DNA of 63,988 bases, the filler included, from Diploschistes diacapsis (taxonomy: Eukaryota), in the NCBI GenBank assembly GCA_023645945.1. It is 4 parts of 4 records of this genome, joined end to end, with 100 filler letters (N's around TTAATTAATTAA, not from the genome) between each part and the next. Parts side by side here need not be neighbours in the genome. Positions count along the whole stretch, not along the records: positions 1 to 16,121 come from JALAIB010000521.1; positions 16,222 to 32,339 come from JALAIB010000522.1; 2 more parts are not named here. The stretch is one strand, 5' to 3'. Below the pieces are notes generated by a model. That model did no database searches, had not been told where the DNA came from, and saw nothing but the letters and a program-made list of their open reading frames with translations. Made by a program: the position numbers and the translations under genes. Positions 12,800 to 25,802 of the stretch are shown piece by piece; within the stretch, counting starts at the first letter, position 1, and each line of letters opens with the position of its first letter.

Positions 12800-14712
12800 A
12801 TGTTGTCTGGTCCGCGACCGCTGCGGTCCCGACAAGTCGGGCTTACAAAAAGAACAGCCTATGGTAGTCACAAATTGCACCCAACTGCACGCGACTCACA
12901 CGCAGTGTCTGATGAAGACTCGATAAACGCACCCCCAATATCTGCTTCGAGCAGCGACGGGAGGCAAAGCGAGAGTGATGGCTCCAGTTCGCTTAAGAGA
13001 CGGAAGGTCGCCGAGCCGGAGACTGGAAGTGCGAGCAGCTTAGCAATGCGATCGCGATCCTCTGGACAACGCATCGATGTCGAAGACGAAAGCGATGTTG
13101 CCGAGTTTGTCGGTCAGGCTGGGCGAAAGAAAAGCAGGGTGCAGTATTCGAAACGCCCTGCAAACACCGGAGGCAACATCCACGCCGCCCAGCCATCATC
13201 TAGAAGTCCGTCTCAAAAGAAGAAAACTGCTGTGACGGCACAAAAAAGTAACAAAGGGATGAAGGGGGAGCATATTCGAGCACCAGGACGTGCTACGCGT
13301 TCGAGTAAGATCCTCCTATGGATCTTTAACGGCGTTGGGCTAACATCTCGGTAGGAAATAATGTATCGGATAATTGCATTGCCAGCAAGACCGGCCAGTT
13401 CGATTCCTCCATGGTGAGGTTAATGGACAAGGCGGAGAAGGAACCGGAATCTTTTCAGTTCAGGGATCCTCTTGTCATAAGCGCTCAAACTGCGGCAGCC
13501 GGGCCGGAATTCAGACAGCCACTCGGATTGAAAAGTTTAGCAAAGAACGAGAACAAGGCGGTACACAGTGTTATAATGAATCCTAAAAAGAGAGAAAACT
13601 ATGGACCAAAAACTAGGTCAAGAACAGCTGCGGATGCTGCTTCAGATTTCAGGGAACCCCTTCGGGCTGAGGCTATTGCCGAGCAGTGCGGTTTGCTGGA
13701 CGAAATTAATAATATCCGCGAAGGCTGCCGACAATCGCCCGTCGTGTTAGACGAAGCAGACGTTGAGAGTGTATCTTCCTTGAGCTCGGTCTCTTCCGTA
13801 TCCACACCCCCAGCCACAATCGACGAACCCGCCAGCTCCAACACTTCGCTCTCAACCGCCACCCACATCAGCTCCAACGCTAGATGTCCCCTTTGCTCCT
13901 CCATCGTTCCTTCGGATCTCCTTACAACGTTTAAATCCCGCCTCCGTAACCCCTCCGTCGCTCGACTCTCCGTCCAACAACAAGCCGCTTTCCACAGAAG
14001 ACACCTCACCGTTGCGGCTCAGAACCTCTGGCACGAACGGCACTACCCCACCATCGACTGGTACGCTCTCCCGTCCCGCTTCGAAACCTTTAGAGTCCAT
14101 ATGCTCTCCGTCCTCGATGGCCGCAACCCAAGCTTCTATCGCGATCGTCTACGGAACAACACGGCAGGCACGTCCCGCGGTGAGAGGAGCGTCGCAAACC
14201 GGTTAGCTGCCGGTCAGGACGGCGCCGAGAACGTGGGATACTATGGCGGCCAAGGCCAGCGGGTATTTGCCGACTGGCTCATCACGGCTTTTTCGATGCG
14301 GATACGGGAACTACAGGGTGGTCATCAGGACCTCCTGGCCGCAGGGGGTGTGGCTGCGTTTGTGCAGGAGGTGCTTGTGCCGGAGTTGGCGCACAAGCTT
14401 ATCCTGGAGGATTTGCAGCAGCATCCAGAGATGGGTGTGGGTGTGAGGGAGAGGGCGTTGGAGAGGCGCAAGAGGATGGAAAAGGAGATCAGGGGGAAGG
14501 CAGAGAAAGAGGGCCTGAGTGAAGAGGAGGTGGGGGGGAGGATGAGGGCGCTCGGAATTGATTGGGGGTCATTTGATGCCAAGGGGGAAGATGCGAGAGA
14601 GTGGCTTGCACGGTGGGTCGCCGAGGAGAGCGCAGACGTGGGACGATTGATCAACGAGGAGGAGGACGATGTGGTCGTGGCGCAGGAAGAGGAGGACGAG
14701 GGGGAAGAATAA
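12800..14712 (+). CDS. RTC4-domain protein (restriction of telomere capping 4-like)
   Basis: Intron 13305-13354 joins the two ORFs in frame. C-terminal RTC4-type motifs CPLC, YPTIDW, GYYGGQG, GGVAAFVQEVLVPELAHKLILEDL, ES..G.L.N. Confidence 0.8.
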
Positions 14713-16121
14713 GAATAAGGAGAAGACCTGGACGGAAGAGAGTCAAGCATTTTCTCGATGGCCATCGAACATCGAAGAACATCGCTTTTCCGGAAGCTGT
14801 TATGGCCGGGTCGTGTGCCCGAAGTTTGGTACTGTGCTATGCGCTGCTATTCAAAGGCGCAGAAGATGTCAAGCAGCAGACGTCACTGACTCAACTTCGA
14901 CCCCGTCGAGTCCGACCAGCACAAAATCGAGCAGTCGCGCAGCGACCCAAAGCGACTCTGGCTTATACCTAGCTCTACGGTCTGCAGCATGGCTCACGGC
15001 CTCTGCTTGCTCCGACGTGCTTTCTACAACCTGGGCATTGGCAGATACGGCGAGCTGCGTTGCTCGACCGACCCGACCGGCTCAACCGATTCGAACGAGC
15101 AGCAGATGGATCTTGCTCGGACCTTGCGCATTGTTGAATCTGTAGAGCATTACGAAGTCCCTGAAGCATTGTTCAACTGGAATCGACCTGGGGACTTGTC
15201 GGGACAAAGTACAACAGCGCGCGCTGCGGACATGAAACATCCGCTTCGCTCGACCTGCGCTCATTCATCAATCATCACGGCCAGCGAGACTGTTGCAGTC
15301 GCCGAGCTTAACACGACTACCTCTTTTTCAGATGGAGCCGTTGGCGATGCGAGCCGTGGTTCGAGGTTCCGGCGCGACCGCTGCAGGAAAATATGTGCAC
15401 TGGCCAGCGACGGCGGGTATTTTTTGGGAGGAATCATGGTTTGCGGTGGTGTGTATTAGGTGGTGCTGATTGGGGGGGGAGATTGGGACGCTGCAGCTGT
15501 GGATGCAGCTATATGCGAATGGCGAGCTGGGAAGTGGGAAGGAAGTGTTATTATCGTCGTCGGAATTGGGCTTGGGCTTGGACTTTGGTGGAGGGATGAG
15601 TTAGGTAGCTTGGGGGTTAGTAGCTTGTGGGAGGAAATTGTGGAGAGAGAGAGAGCGGGAGAGGTTGAGCCTAATGCATGTTGGAAGGATCTCTATATTA
15701 GAGGATGACGTACGTACTCGAGCTATATCCATGGGCTCTAACGAGCTTTGATTTTGGATGTTGGATCTTGGTGCTTGTGCTGGTCGTGGGAACAACAATC
15801 AATATTCCCGTCCTGGTGCATTTACCGTGCCCGATGTTGCGAGAAAAGTGTGCGTTTAATATATTTTTTTAAATTGCATCGAAAAAAAAAAAAGATGGAG
15901 GGGGGAATCGGGCTTGAGATGCCTGGTTAACTCTCCAGGCTCGCTCGCTGCCTTTCCCTCGGTCATCACGGATTTACGGTCATTATCATTAACCTTGTCT
16001 CTTACAACAACCACACCCCTCCCTTGACATTCCCATCTCCTTTCCTTTTCCTTTTCTATTCTTTTCTTTCCTTCCTCCCCCTCTCCTCTCCCCTTCCCTA
16101 CCTACGCACTCCTCCTCAAAT

Positions 16122-16221
16122 NNNNNNNNNNNNNNNNNNNNNNNNNNNNNNNNNNNNNNNNNNNNTTAATTAATTAANNNNNNNNNNNNNNNNNNNNNNN
16201 NNNNNNNNNNNNNNNNNNNNN
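16122..16221. other. Artificial contig linker
   Basis: N44-TTAATTAATTAA-N44, giving stops in all six frames. Confidence 0.99.
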
Positions 16222-17810
16222 CCCCACTCATCAATCTCCGCCAAAAGCTCCGTAACCGTCGGCACCCCCAGCGGATCGAACCTCTCCAGCTCCCCCCACG
16301 ACGCGCCGTCGCCCACGGGAATCGGCACGCAGACCCGTCCCGTCTTGGGGTGCACGACAAACGGGCTCTTGAGCAGGTGTATCAGCTTCTTGCTGACCTC
16401 GACGTCCAGCCGCGGATACGTGTGCTCGAGCACGATGTCCTTCTTGGCCTCCAGCAGCGCCTTGGTGTCCAGCGTGCGGCTGACGCCCGCCTTGGCCAGC
16501 GCGTCGATGTCGGACCACTTGCTGGCACTCGGGCGGCCGGGGGACGAGTCCCATTTCTTGCGCAGGGCCTCGGCGAGCGGTTTGTCGGGGATGAGGGAGA
16601 GCAGGGCGGCGATGCGGGTGGGGTCGTGGGACCAGGGGTCTTGGGCGTGCAGGATGTCGGTTAGGAAGTGGTCTTTCAGGAGGTCGAGGCTTCGGCTGTG
16701 TGCGGGGGCGCCGATAGGTGGTTAGTTCTAGGAGAACATGCGGTGCGGTGCACGGGGCGGCAAAGGGAAGATAAGAGGACTCACACGAGATGTGGATGCA
16801 GCGGTCGCCTGACGTTGACTTTCTTCCCGCTCTGTGCTCCGCCAGTGATGACGGCTAGGTACCCCGCCACCGCCTTCCTCCGATCGTCGCTCATCTCGCG
16901 GGCCCGCTTGTCGCTCACCCACGCGTGCGCACCTCTCCGTCCTGAGTAGACCCACAGGATGTGCTCGAAGCCAAAGTCCTCCCTCAGCGCCGAGTCGACG
17001 ACTTTGATGGCCATAACCACGAACCGCCAGCACTTGAGGCAGATGTTAGCCTTATCGCAGCACGTGCGCACCTCATCGTAGTCTGTTAGATCGATGTCGA
17101 AGACGAGCTCCTTGGCGATGGGCCGGAAGGTGGAGGCTTTGCGGAGGAGCTTACGGTCCCTCGGGTTCGTGGTGTAGATGGGGCCAATTTCGAAGCGAGA
17201 AGGGTTTAGGCGGAGGACGTCCTTGCGGAGGCTGTGGAAGGAGAACAGGAATCAGTGGGTCGTTGTATGAAGAAAAATAGGCAGGGAGGAAGGGAGTGAA
17301 GTACGCTTCGGCTGTGGGGTAGCTTTGGTAGCGAAGATAGGCTTCGTTGGCGAGGGTGAAGGCGATTTCACGGTTGGCGGTGTCGTTGGAGGGTTTCATG
17401 GAGTGGTTTAGCCATTGGAAAAGGGACTTAAAGGGAAACAGTCGTTGGTAGAAAGCCAGCATTATGTCAGGATCTGAGTATTGGGGGGCCGACTCTATTA
17501 TTCTGAAAGGCACAGTCAGTACAGTCTGGGTCAATGTAGAGTCCACGCACGATGGTATTGGAGGCGGGCTGCTGCTTGGAGGCTCATCACGTCCATTTGT
17601 GGCCAGCATGCTGGAGCTGAACTCGTCGTCCTCGTCGTCGTGGTCGAACAGCTCCTCTAGGCTCACTTGCGGCCCTTTCTTTGGAGCGTCCTCGGCTTTC
17701 GAGGTGTCCATGGCATCGCTCTCGCCCATGGCAGGCGATCCTGCTGGTGATGGTGCATCAGGCAATTCCTTGTCTTCGATTGAAGCTTCAGAAGATACGG
17801 AATGAGGCAT
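16222..17810 (-). CDS. PRI1: DNA primase small (catalytic) subunit, 3' end truncated by contig end
   Basis: Introns 17503-17550, 17232-17304, 16696-16784. Motifs FYQRLFPF, KELVFDIDLTDYD, YSGRRGAHAWV, HLLKSPFVVHPKTG. Confidence 0.97.
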
Positions 17811-17899
17811 CCTGTGTATTTCTCTATGGAAGCCGAATCTGGGGTGCCTGGAGGCACTCTCACAAAGATATTTGTCCCCACTTGGAATGATTGCTGGAG

Positions 17900-17917
17900 G
17901 CGCGCAAAAGTACGCGT
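17900..17917. promoter_or_regulatory. Putative MCB (MluI cell-cycle box) elements upstream of PRI1
   Basis: GCGCGCAAA plus ACGCGT (17912-17917) about 100 bp upstream of the PRI1 ATG. Confidence 0.5.
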
Positions 17918-18478
17918 CGTCTTCGTGAAGGTAATTTACCCAAAGGGTTTAGTCTTGTTCAACAACTACTTTGTACGTGATAGAACGCCTATTACTACTA
18001 CTACTACTTCATCAGATAAACAGTGCACGAAAGGAGTATGCAGGCGCTTCATAATTACACGGTAAATGTGCTGGATCCTGAGATGAAAATGTTCAGGCAA
18101 TTTGCTGCTGGGCGTGGGCAGTGGGATCCGAAACGCAAAATCTGGTTTCTGAAATGTTCCTTGGGACACCACAGAGTCGTGATCAGACTGACTTTGGTCA
18201 AGTATAATCATTAACGACTCTTGGATTGCGACAGTCTATCGGGTGTACCGCAACATAGAAGCTTGCATTTGTTACCATGTTGCGTTATGATATTTCCGGT
18301 CTATGAAGGGCTGAAGTGAGATTCCAAGTTGCTATGCATCGCTGTGCCTATGCCATCCTACCAAGGGAAAACTTTCAATCGCTTCTCATACAAAATCAAT
18401 GCTTCATGTCGCATCATTCATGTTGATTATCGAAGGCTTCTGGGGAGATAATCTATGTCGGGCCATTCAGACCCTCTC

Positions 18479-20173
18479 TTAGGTTAAATCTATATTGAAA
18501 TTCCATCTGCCTGTTGCACTGTTAGCATTTATTCCTCTACCCCAGAAAATAACCCCAAACCTAACTTACGATCTTTGAGCGACTCGGCCGTATGGCTGAG
18601 GATCTTTATTCTTCGACCGAGGCAATAGTCCGTCTTGCTCAGAATTTCGACTTTCTTTCCAGGCAATTCGCTGACTTGCTTCTCAAAAAGCTCACTAAGA
18701 TTCTCGGTCGCGAGCTCGAGGTCTTCCTGGTTATTCTCAAACAAATCTGTTTCGTTGTTACGCGCCAAATAGAAAGCGAAAGCATACGTCCATTTAAGGG
18801 TCTGTCGGCACTCCTGCAGAGCTTTCGAAGCCGTCTCGAGGAACTGAACTTCGATCCAAGACATGCCAGAGGAGGATTGCAAGCTGGTCATTTTCTTCTC
18901 GGTCTTCGCATAGTGTTCCTTCTCGAGTTTTCCAGAATGTTCATGGTTGGCGAAGCGGTTGTAGTAATGAAGATATCTCTCCAAGGATTGCCTTGATTTT
19001 GCTTGAGCGTCCCGCGCATCATTCCCTGATTTCTCTTCATAACGGTTGCAGTTGTACCAGCTTGTACCATGCTCGGACCATAGACCCATGCACATCCAGC
19101 AAAACTCATGCTTGCATTTCCTGCAAGTCATGTGATTGCAACCACCGTTCTTTTCTATCGTCGACTGACACTTTGGACATTCTTTCGTGTTGGCTGAGAT
19201 CCAATTTGCGGTTTCCGAGTCATCTTCGCACTTCTTTATCCATTTTCTCACCAGGGCGCAAGGGCAGGGTAAGTGATCGTCCAGTCCGCAGCCAAAGCAG
19301 AACCGATGCTTGCAGATACAGGTGACGCTGGGTACGACATTCACGAGATCCTTCTTCCGGACGTCGCAGGAGGCAGCGTAAATGCATTCCGGGGCCGGAC
19401 ACCATTTGAGATTTTCCCGATCATCGACATAGGTCCTTGTAAGTAACTCACGGTAGCTGTTGACTATTAGCACCCTGAGGTGGATGTGTTGCTATATGAC
19501 TTGCCGAGCTTTCAGTCCTTCCTCAACCAAATACTCCAATGATTTAGAATCAACGATGCGCTTGCAGCTGTTAGTCGGGCACTGAATCCTGGCAGCTTCA
19601 CCGTCGTCCTTGATCTTAGACATGAGATAGTGAGTGTAGCAATCCACACAGTATCGGTGTCCGCACTTGAGAGCGTATGTGTCCAAATCATCCCCCTCTT
19701 CACAGCAAATATCGCATGAGAACCCGGGTATTCTTTGCGTTTTAGGTGTGTGGGAGGCATCTTCTTCTAAGCCTACGGCATCGAGTAACTCTGCTTGATC
19801 CTGAAAGTACTTCTCGAGCAATCGTTCCTTGTTCCATCGCAGATGTCGTAGGAGGATTGCAGCTGCTTCGGGCGGTTGTCCTAGGACATCGGCGACCTCT
19901 TTGATCTTCCGGTCCTGCTGTTTCTGGATCTGGTCGGGGTTGAGGATCTCAAAGTCTACCTCAAACGGCTTCTTGGCAGGCTTTATTATGTCCTTGTCTT
20001 GCGCAAAGCCAATGTCATGGTCTTCATCTGCGAAACCTAGGTAAAAGTAAATTGTTAGTGAGTGTAACCAACCAAAACTGAAAAATCGTACCGAAACTTC
20101 CATCGTCGCTGTCATCGATTCCGCCAAAATCTTCCGTTGAAGCTTGGCTCATGAATTCGTCTTCCGAGTCCAT
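18479..20173 (-). CDS. HEL1: Ariadne/HEL1 RBR (RING-IBR-RING) E3 ubiquitin ligase
   Basis: Starts MDSEDEF. Introns 20037-20091, 19457-19504 (GC-AG), 18511-18569. RING1 CDIC..CGHRYC, IBR WCPAPEC, RING2 TKECPKC..IEKNGGCNHMTC, Ariadne domain YLHYYNRFANH. Confidence 0.95.
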
Positions 20174-20978
20174 CTTTGGTTCGAGAGGTGATCTTGGGGT
20201 TGTAGATGGAGTGGCAGGTAATGCAGCGTCAAGTAACACCTCCGGCTTCGCCTTCTTCTCTTGAACCTTTTGCCTTTCTTGGATTCCGGAGGCTTTCCTC
20301 TTACGCGTTAGAGGAGGCGTGATGAAGATGGGAGTGAAACTCAGTGTATGCCCTCGCCGCAGACGAGGAACAGACACGAGTTTCTGAAGTAGCTAGATGT
20401 TGACAGTCACGAGCTCGGTAAGAGCATCCGACTTGGATCCACCAGATGCTACGCTCGGGTTACACAGGAGAGAACGGTAGAGCAGAAAGGTCCAGTGACT
20501 TTTGACTCGGTCGCCCAGATTCAGCCGTTAGAGGCCTAGAAGGGGGAGAAATGGGCTTGGGACTTGATCCGATGACGGATGAGCGCCACAGCAAAGTTTA
20601 TTAATACACCCAACGTCTTTGACAGTCTAATAACATCTATATCCCATATATCGCCTTCTTCACCATTAGCACCATGGCCTTTGTTGTTCACGTTCAATAT
20701 TAGTTACAAAATAGAGAGAAATTACATTCATACATAGATCACTTCTGCACTGTGACTGGACCAACATGCTGGAACAACTCTCAGCCGGAAACATATACAA
20801 AGTTATCTAAAGGGTGTGGGGAGATACCAGGGCCAGCTCGCTGCTTACAGTTCACGGTTGACTCGCAATACCATGAAACTTTGATGCGATGGCTTCTGGT
20901 TCCTGTGTTTGCAAACAAAGAATCTGCAAAGTTCATGTGCTGGCTGAGCTCAGGCTGGGTTCCCAAGAGATTCGCGTC

Positions 20979-23599
20979 TCAGCCACATCTCTCACCGAAT
21001 TCCCGAGCCCAATCCTCAAACTCCTTCAGCCCTTGCTTGCTTACGCTAGGTCTGATGTTCATGAGACTGCTCTCGAAATCATGAAAATTAATGGGCCGAA
21101 TTTCATCCATGGTCATGTGTAGTAATGCCTCGCCTAAACTCCGCAGCGGCCCCATCGCTGCATCCTTCGCAAGTGCCGTGATATCAGAGCCAGAGTAGCC
21201 TACAGTGCATTAGCGAGGTAATCTTCCAATGCCTAGGGAATCCTTACCGTCAGTGACTTTGACTAATACTTGAATATCGTTCTTGCTGAGACTGTGCTTT
21301 TGGTGGCTGAGTAGAGTTCGTAGCTGTTCTTCCCTGACGGGCGGTTCTGGTAAAGGAATATATTGTCTCCTCACAAATCGACGCCGAGCTGCTTCGTCAA
21401 TAGCCCACGGTAGATTTGTCGCCGCAAGTACAAGTACCCTACTTGCATCCCCTTCTTTCTTTTCTTTGTCACTTTGCTCTTTGCCAGCTGCTGCTCGCTG
21501 TAGATCAGACCACTGGATCAGAAATTCAGTCTTAATGCGCCTCGAAGACTCGTGCTCACTCGAGCCTCCTCGAGAAGATAACAGAGAATCAATCTCGTCG
21601 ACGAATATGATGCTAGGAGCAAGTGCTTTGGCTAGCAGGAAGAGCGCACGAACAAGCTTCTCCGATTCGCCAAGCCATTTGGAGGTAAGGCTTGACGCGG
21701 AAATCGCAAAAAAGGTGGATCTTGACTCGGTCGCGACCGCTCTTGCCAACATCGTCTTACCAGTGCCTGGAGGCCCAAACAAGAGCATCCCTCGTGCTGG
21801 CTCTCTGAGGCCCATGAAAAGATCCGGTCTCAAAAAGGGGTAAACCACAGCCTCTTTCAATGCAGTTTTCGCTTGTTCCAGGCCTGCGACATCGCTCCAG
21901 TGGACCTCGTCACCCTTTACCACAATCTCGGTGAATACCTGCTTCGCCGCCCATGGATCGACGCCCTTTGGCAGATTCTTTTTTATGTAAGCGAGACGTT
22001 CCTCCCAGTGCTGCGATTCGAGAGATCCTTCGGGGGAGTCTCGGCCCGAGGAATCTTCTGCCGAATCTTCATGGGTAATTTTCGAAGGCAGTTTCTTCTT
22101 GGACAGAAGCCGGGATTTGCCATCTACATCCCGACCAGTTGTATTGCTCTCCGCATCATCAGACGATCCTCGATGCGGTGGTTCGTTTAATTTCTTGTGC
22201 TGGTTTAGAGTAGGCAAGGATGGACCTGTTACCGGACGACGATGGATTGGGGGCGGCGGTGGAACCCGAGGTTTTGGTGGGGGTGAGGGACGTCTTGTAG
22301 GATTCGTGGAAGATCCTGTACCAGCGGCGATACGCGGAGGGTTGACAGCAGCGGCGATACTGGCTTGTGAGACCGGGGTGGGCGTTAGATACTCGTTACG
22401 GTAGGATGGGAAATCTGACGGCCTTATGGGCAGATTAGAGGGGCCTGTCTTGGGCTGACCAGCAGCAGTACGAAGCGGTAGGGCATTGATTGACTCCGAT
22501 AGATAAGGAGGAGGATCCCCAAGATTTGAACCTAGCAGCGGAGATGAGTTTGCAGAGCAACCTTTCGGGAAAGTTGGTGTGGTCTCACTGTGCCTCGTCA
22601 ATCTTGGGCCACTTCCCGAGAAGTAGGGAGGGCTTGTAGGTGTAGTAGTAGAGACTTTCCGCACGGAGTCTTGGGACGATCTACGCGGATCTCCTCCATC
22701 CGCAAAAATGTCCCGGCCGGAGGAAGGTATCAGACTGGACATGCTCGTGGTTGCCCCTGCAAGTGACTGTCCTAAGTACTGGCCAGAGGTCCGGGTTAGT
22801 GTATGCGAAGAATTCGAGTCCCACGCAAGACCTGCAGCTTTCGAAGAGGGACCCAGCTGCCTTGTTCCGGCTGAGTCTCTTGGTTTAGCCCTTTTGCTGT
22901 CTTTTCCAACTCTCAAAGTGGTCTTCATCTTTGACCTCTTGTCAGGACTAGGTGTCCTTGATGTCTTTGGTAACACCACTGGTGCAGGATTAGGAGACAG
23001 AGGCTTGAAGCTTGCGGTGGAGCTACTCCGGCCTCCAACCTCTGGTCTTTGCAAGACACTCGACGAGCTGTTGGCGCGTACAGGTGCTGGTCTCTGGGGA
23101 AGTGGTAAGCCTGGTCTGGCTAACTCAGGGTAACTAACGGCGGGTACGGTGCCTTGACCAATTAATCCCCGTGCTTGTAAGCCCTTGGAATTATCAGGTG
23201 TATCTGGTAGCTGGGCTCCTGCCGTCATTTTCGCATCCGTTGTACCACCATCTTTAGCCTCCTTACGGCTATCACGCAATGCTTCCAGAAGGTCTACCCT
23301 TTCCTTGCACTGCAGCTCCATGCCCCTCAAAGAGTCTTGCAACGCCTTTTCTGTCTCGCTCGCAGGCCGATAGTTGGGTGCGACTCGGTAGGCATTATGA
23401 TAGTAGATACGATCTAGTGCTGAGCGCCAGGAGCGCAAAGCTTCGGCTTCGTTATTCTGGTGATGGATCAGCCAAAGGGGAAGGGCTTTGTGGAATGCGC
23501 TTGCTTCCCTACCTGAGATTCAAAATAGACGGCTGTGGAGCACATCAAGTAGCAATCATCGTAAGTCTTCTGCATAGATGAGGACGTCTTATTGCGCAT
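20979..23599 (-). CDS. AAA+ ATPase of SAP1/YTA6 (spastin/fidgetin-like, meiotic clade) family
   Basis: Introns 23457-23512 and 21200-21247. Walker A GPPGTGKT, Walker [28 protein letters not shown], Vps4_C-type end [19 protein letters not shown]. Confidence 0.93.
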
Positions 23600-24516
23600 T
23601 GTTAAGCAAGTGCTCTGGGCTAGAAAACCGGTTGTTGAAATTGGGAGCCTGCGTTCTGGAGTCTTCACCTAGGTATGGCTTTGTAGGGGATGATTGTCGG
23701 GGGTGTGCCACTGATAGAGCTCACATGCAAGGTCCAAAGGTCGGGCAAGTGCTAGTTGGTAAGATGCGTGAAATGAGCCTCCATGTAGATGACGTCGATT
23801 TCCATCCCACTGGGAAAGTGGCGTTAACCGGGGTTAAGGGTTGAAAAGGACTCTTGTCAAATCGTGGACGTCTACACCATTAATGAAGCTGCTGCTGCAC
23901 CCGCCATGCAAATTTAAGACGGTAGGGTTGAGCATAGGATCATTTCAGGCTACCAGTCGCTCGAGCCAATCCTTGTGTGAAGAATGATTTGAGGATTCAG
24001 GTCAGGCTGTCTGTAGGTTTCGTTCCAGTATCAGCCGTATCGATACTTCTCTATAAGAGCAAAATGATGAATCACTTAGGGTAGTAAAGAACACTTTTGG
24101 GTTACTGTTCATTGTCTTATGTACTGACTCCTAGACGGGTTGTCTTCAAAGGACAAGCGTCGTCGAAACCCCGACCTGCTAGGCCTAGCAGGTATGCATG
24201 AAACCATGGAAGGGAATCCGTATTTCCAGACGAAGCTTCGTGAAGAAGCCTCATATTTCCACGCCTCCAAACGCCTTACATATGCCACACCCTGAGGTAT
24301 CAACGACAACAATTCGCATGCAAGGAAATTGAAAAGGTGCCACCGTATGGGTCATGATACATCCCCCAGCCCCAATCCTGCAGATTTACCGAAGCCTGGC
24401 CATGTCGCACAAAGTGTAAGACCATTGTTCCTTTGAATGCTGCTGGCGCGTCCCGCTATGATGCCTGGTAAGGACTGGGGATGAGGTTGCCAGTCAATGT
24501 TTCAAGCTTTCGAGAG

Positions 24517-25802
24517 TCAGGTCAACGGACGTCCCGGTGCTCTGTTGAAGTAAGACTTGGCTAATTCATAGGCGCTCCTGCGTGAGAAGTTAGCTAGAAT
24601 CTCCAACATTGAAGCGCAAACAAGCATACCAGCAGATTGCTGTACTCGGCATCGCTGTGATAACCCTGGGCTGTAGACCCCTGAAGAAGCCCAGATAGCC
24701 GTTTCGAGCCTTGATTATGGATGCAGCCTCGAATAGTCCTCGCGCTGATCGAATTGTTACGTCCTCTGCCGTCCCCCTGGTCTGGAGAAGAGTCTTGATG
24801 ACATCTAGTGGCGTGGTCAAACCCGCCGCAAACCCTCCTGCAAGGCCTCCGGCTACACAATGTGTCAACGGATCGTACGTTCTTGGAGGGTTCATCACTT
24901 TCGATATCGATTCGTAAGCCATGAATTGCATAGCCGTGAACGGAACGGTCATGCACAGGGTCGTGGGATAGGATATGTAGAAGGCTTTTAGCCCTTCGGC
25001 CTTGTATACTTGGCGTGCGCAGGCGAGAATGGTCTTGTGTTTGGATCCGTGGATTTGCATCCGTTGCTTGATAACTAGGAAGAGGTCAAAAGAGCACTGT
25101 GCCTAGAGCCACTGGGCGTACCGTCGAATGGGTTCATGAGAGCGTCGCTGGCAATTGTTGCGCAGGCGCCACTTGACGCTGGATCTATTAGCGCTCGCGG
25201 TTACTAACCACCGGATAGGAACCAACCTGCTGCGAGAGGGTGATGTTCTTTGAGATCGTTTCCGCCCATAGCATTCTTCACTGCCTCGTAAGTCGCAAAA
25301 TATACCGCATGAGCGGGACCTGAAGGTGTCAGAGCCCCTGTTTTGTTTCGCGTAGTGATGATTGCCATTACCCGCTCCGACAATGACACTTGTAACACCC
25401 CGCCATAATGACCGCGCGCCCTCAGCTCTCGTGATAGTCGTGAACGCATTCGTAATACCAGTGTAGATTGCGCTAGGCGAAGGGTTGATCACTTGCGACC
25501 GCGTCTGGTAAATTATTAGAGTAGGAAAGCGTAATCACAGCGCGCAGCCTGACTTTGATCAAATCTACCGGGTACATCACCGAGTGTTCCTAAAGTCCTG
25601 TGAGCCTCTCTCGCTTCCACAAATCTCTTCAGGACTATTACAGCTATGCCGGCGAAGGCTCCAGCGAGCATGTTACTCCACAGCGAGGAGTTGGGAGCGA
25701 GCGCTTCGTAGCTAATTTTGTCAGGAGCTTCTTGGGTTCCTTGCGGGTAGCGCAGTGGACTCACTCGAATTCTTCGACGGGAACTGGATCATGAGCAGCC
25801 AT
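24517..25802 (-). CDS. MRS3: Mitochondrial iron carrier (mitoferrin, MRS3/MRS4)
   Basis: Seven introns reconstruct DYEAL, AGAFAGIAEHSVMYPVDLIKTR, GAGPAHAVYF, MNPFDVIKQRMQ, TTPLDVIKTLLQ (carrier PxDxxK motifs). Confidence 0.93.

Noticed and set aside
14750..15460. Overlapping 120-160 aa ORFs downstream of RTC4
   Set aside because: No recognisable motifs or consistent exon structure. Probably chance ORFs.
16122..16221. TTAATTAATTAA palindromes recurring every ~16.2 kb
   Set aside because: Artificial linker embedded in Ns. The spacing reflects similar contig sizes, not biology.
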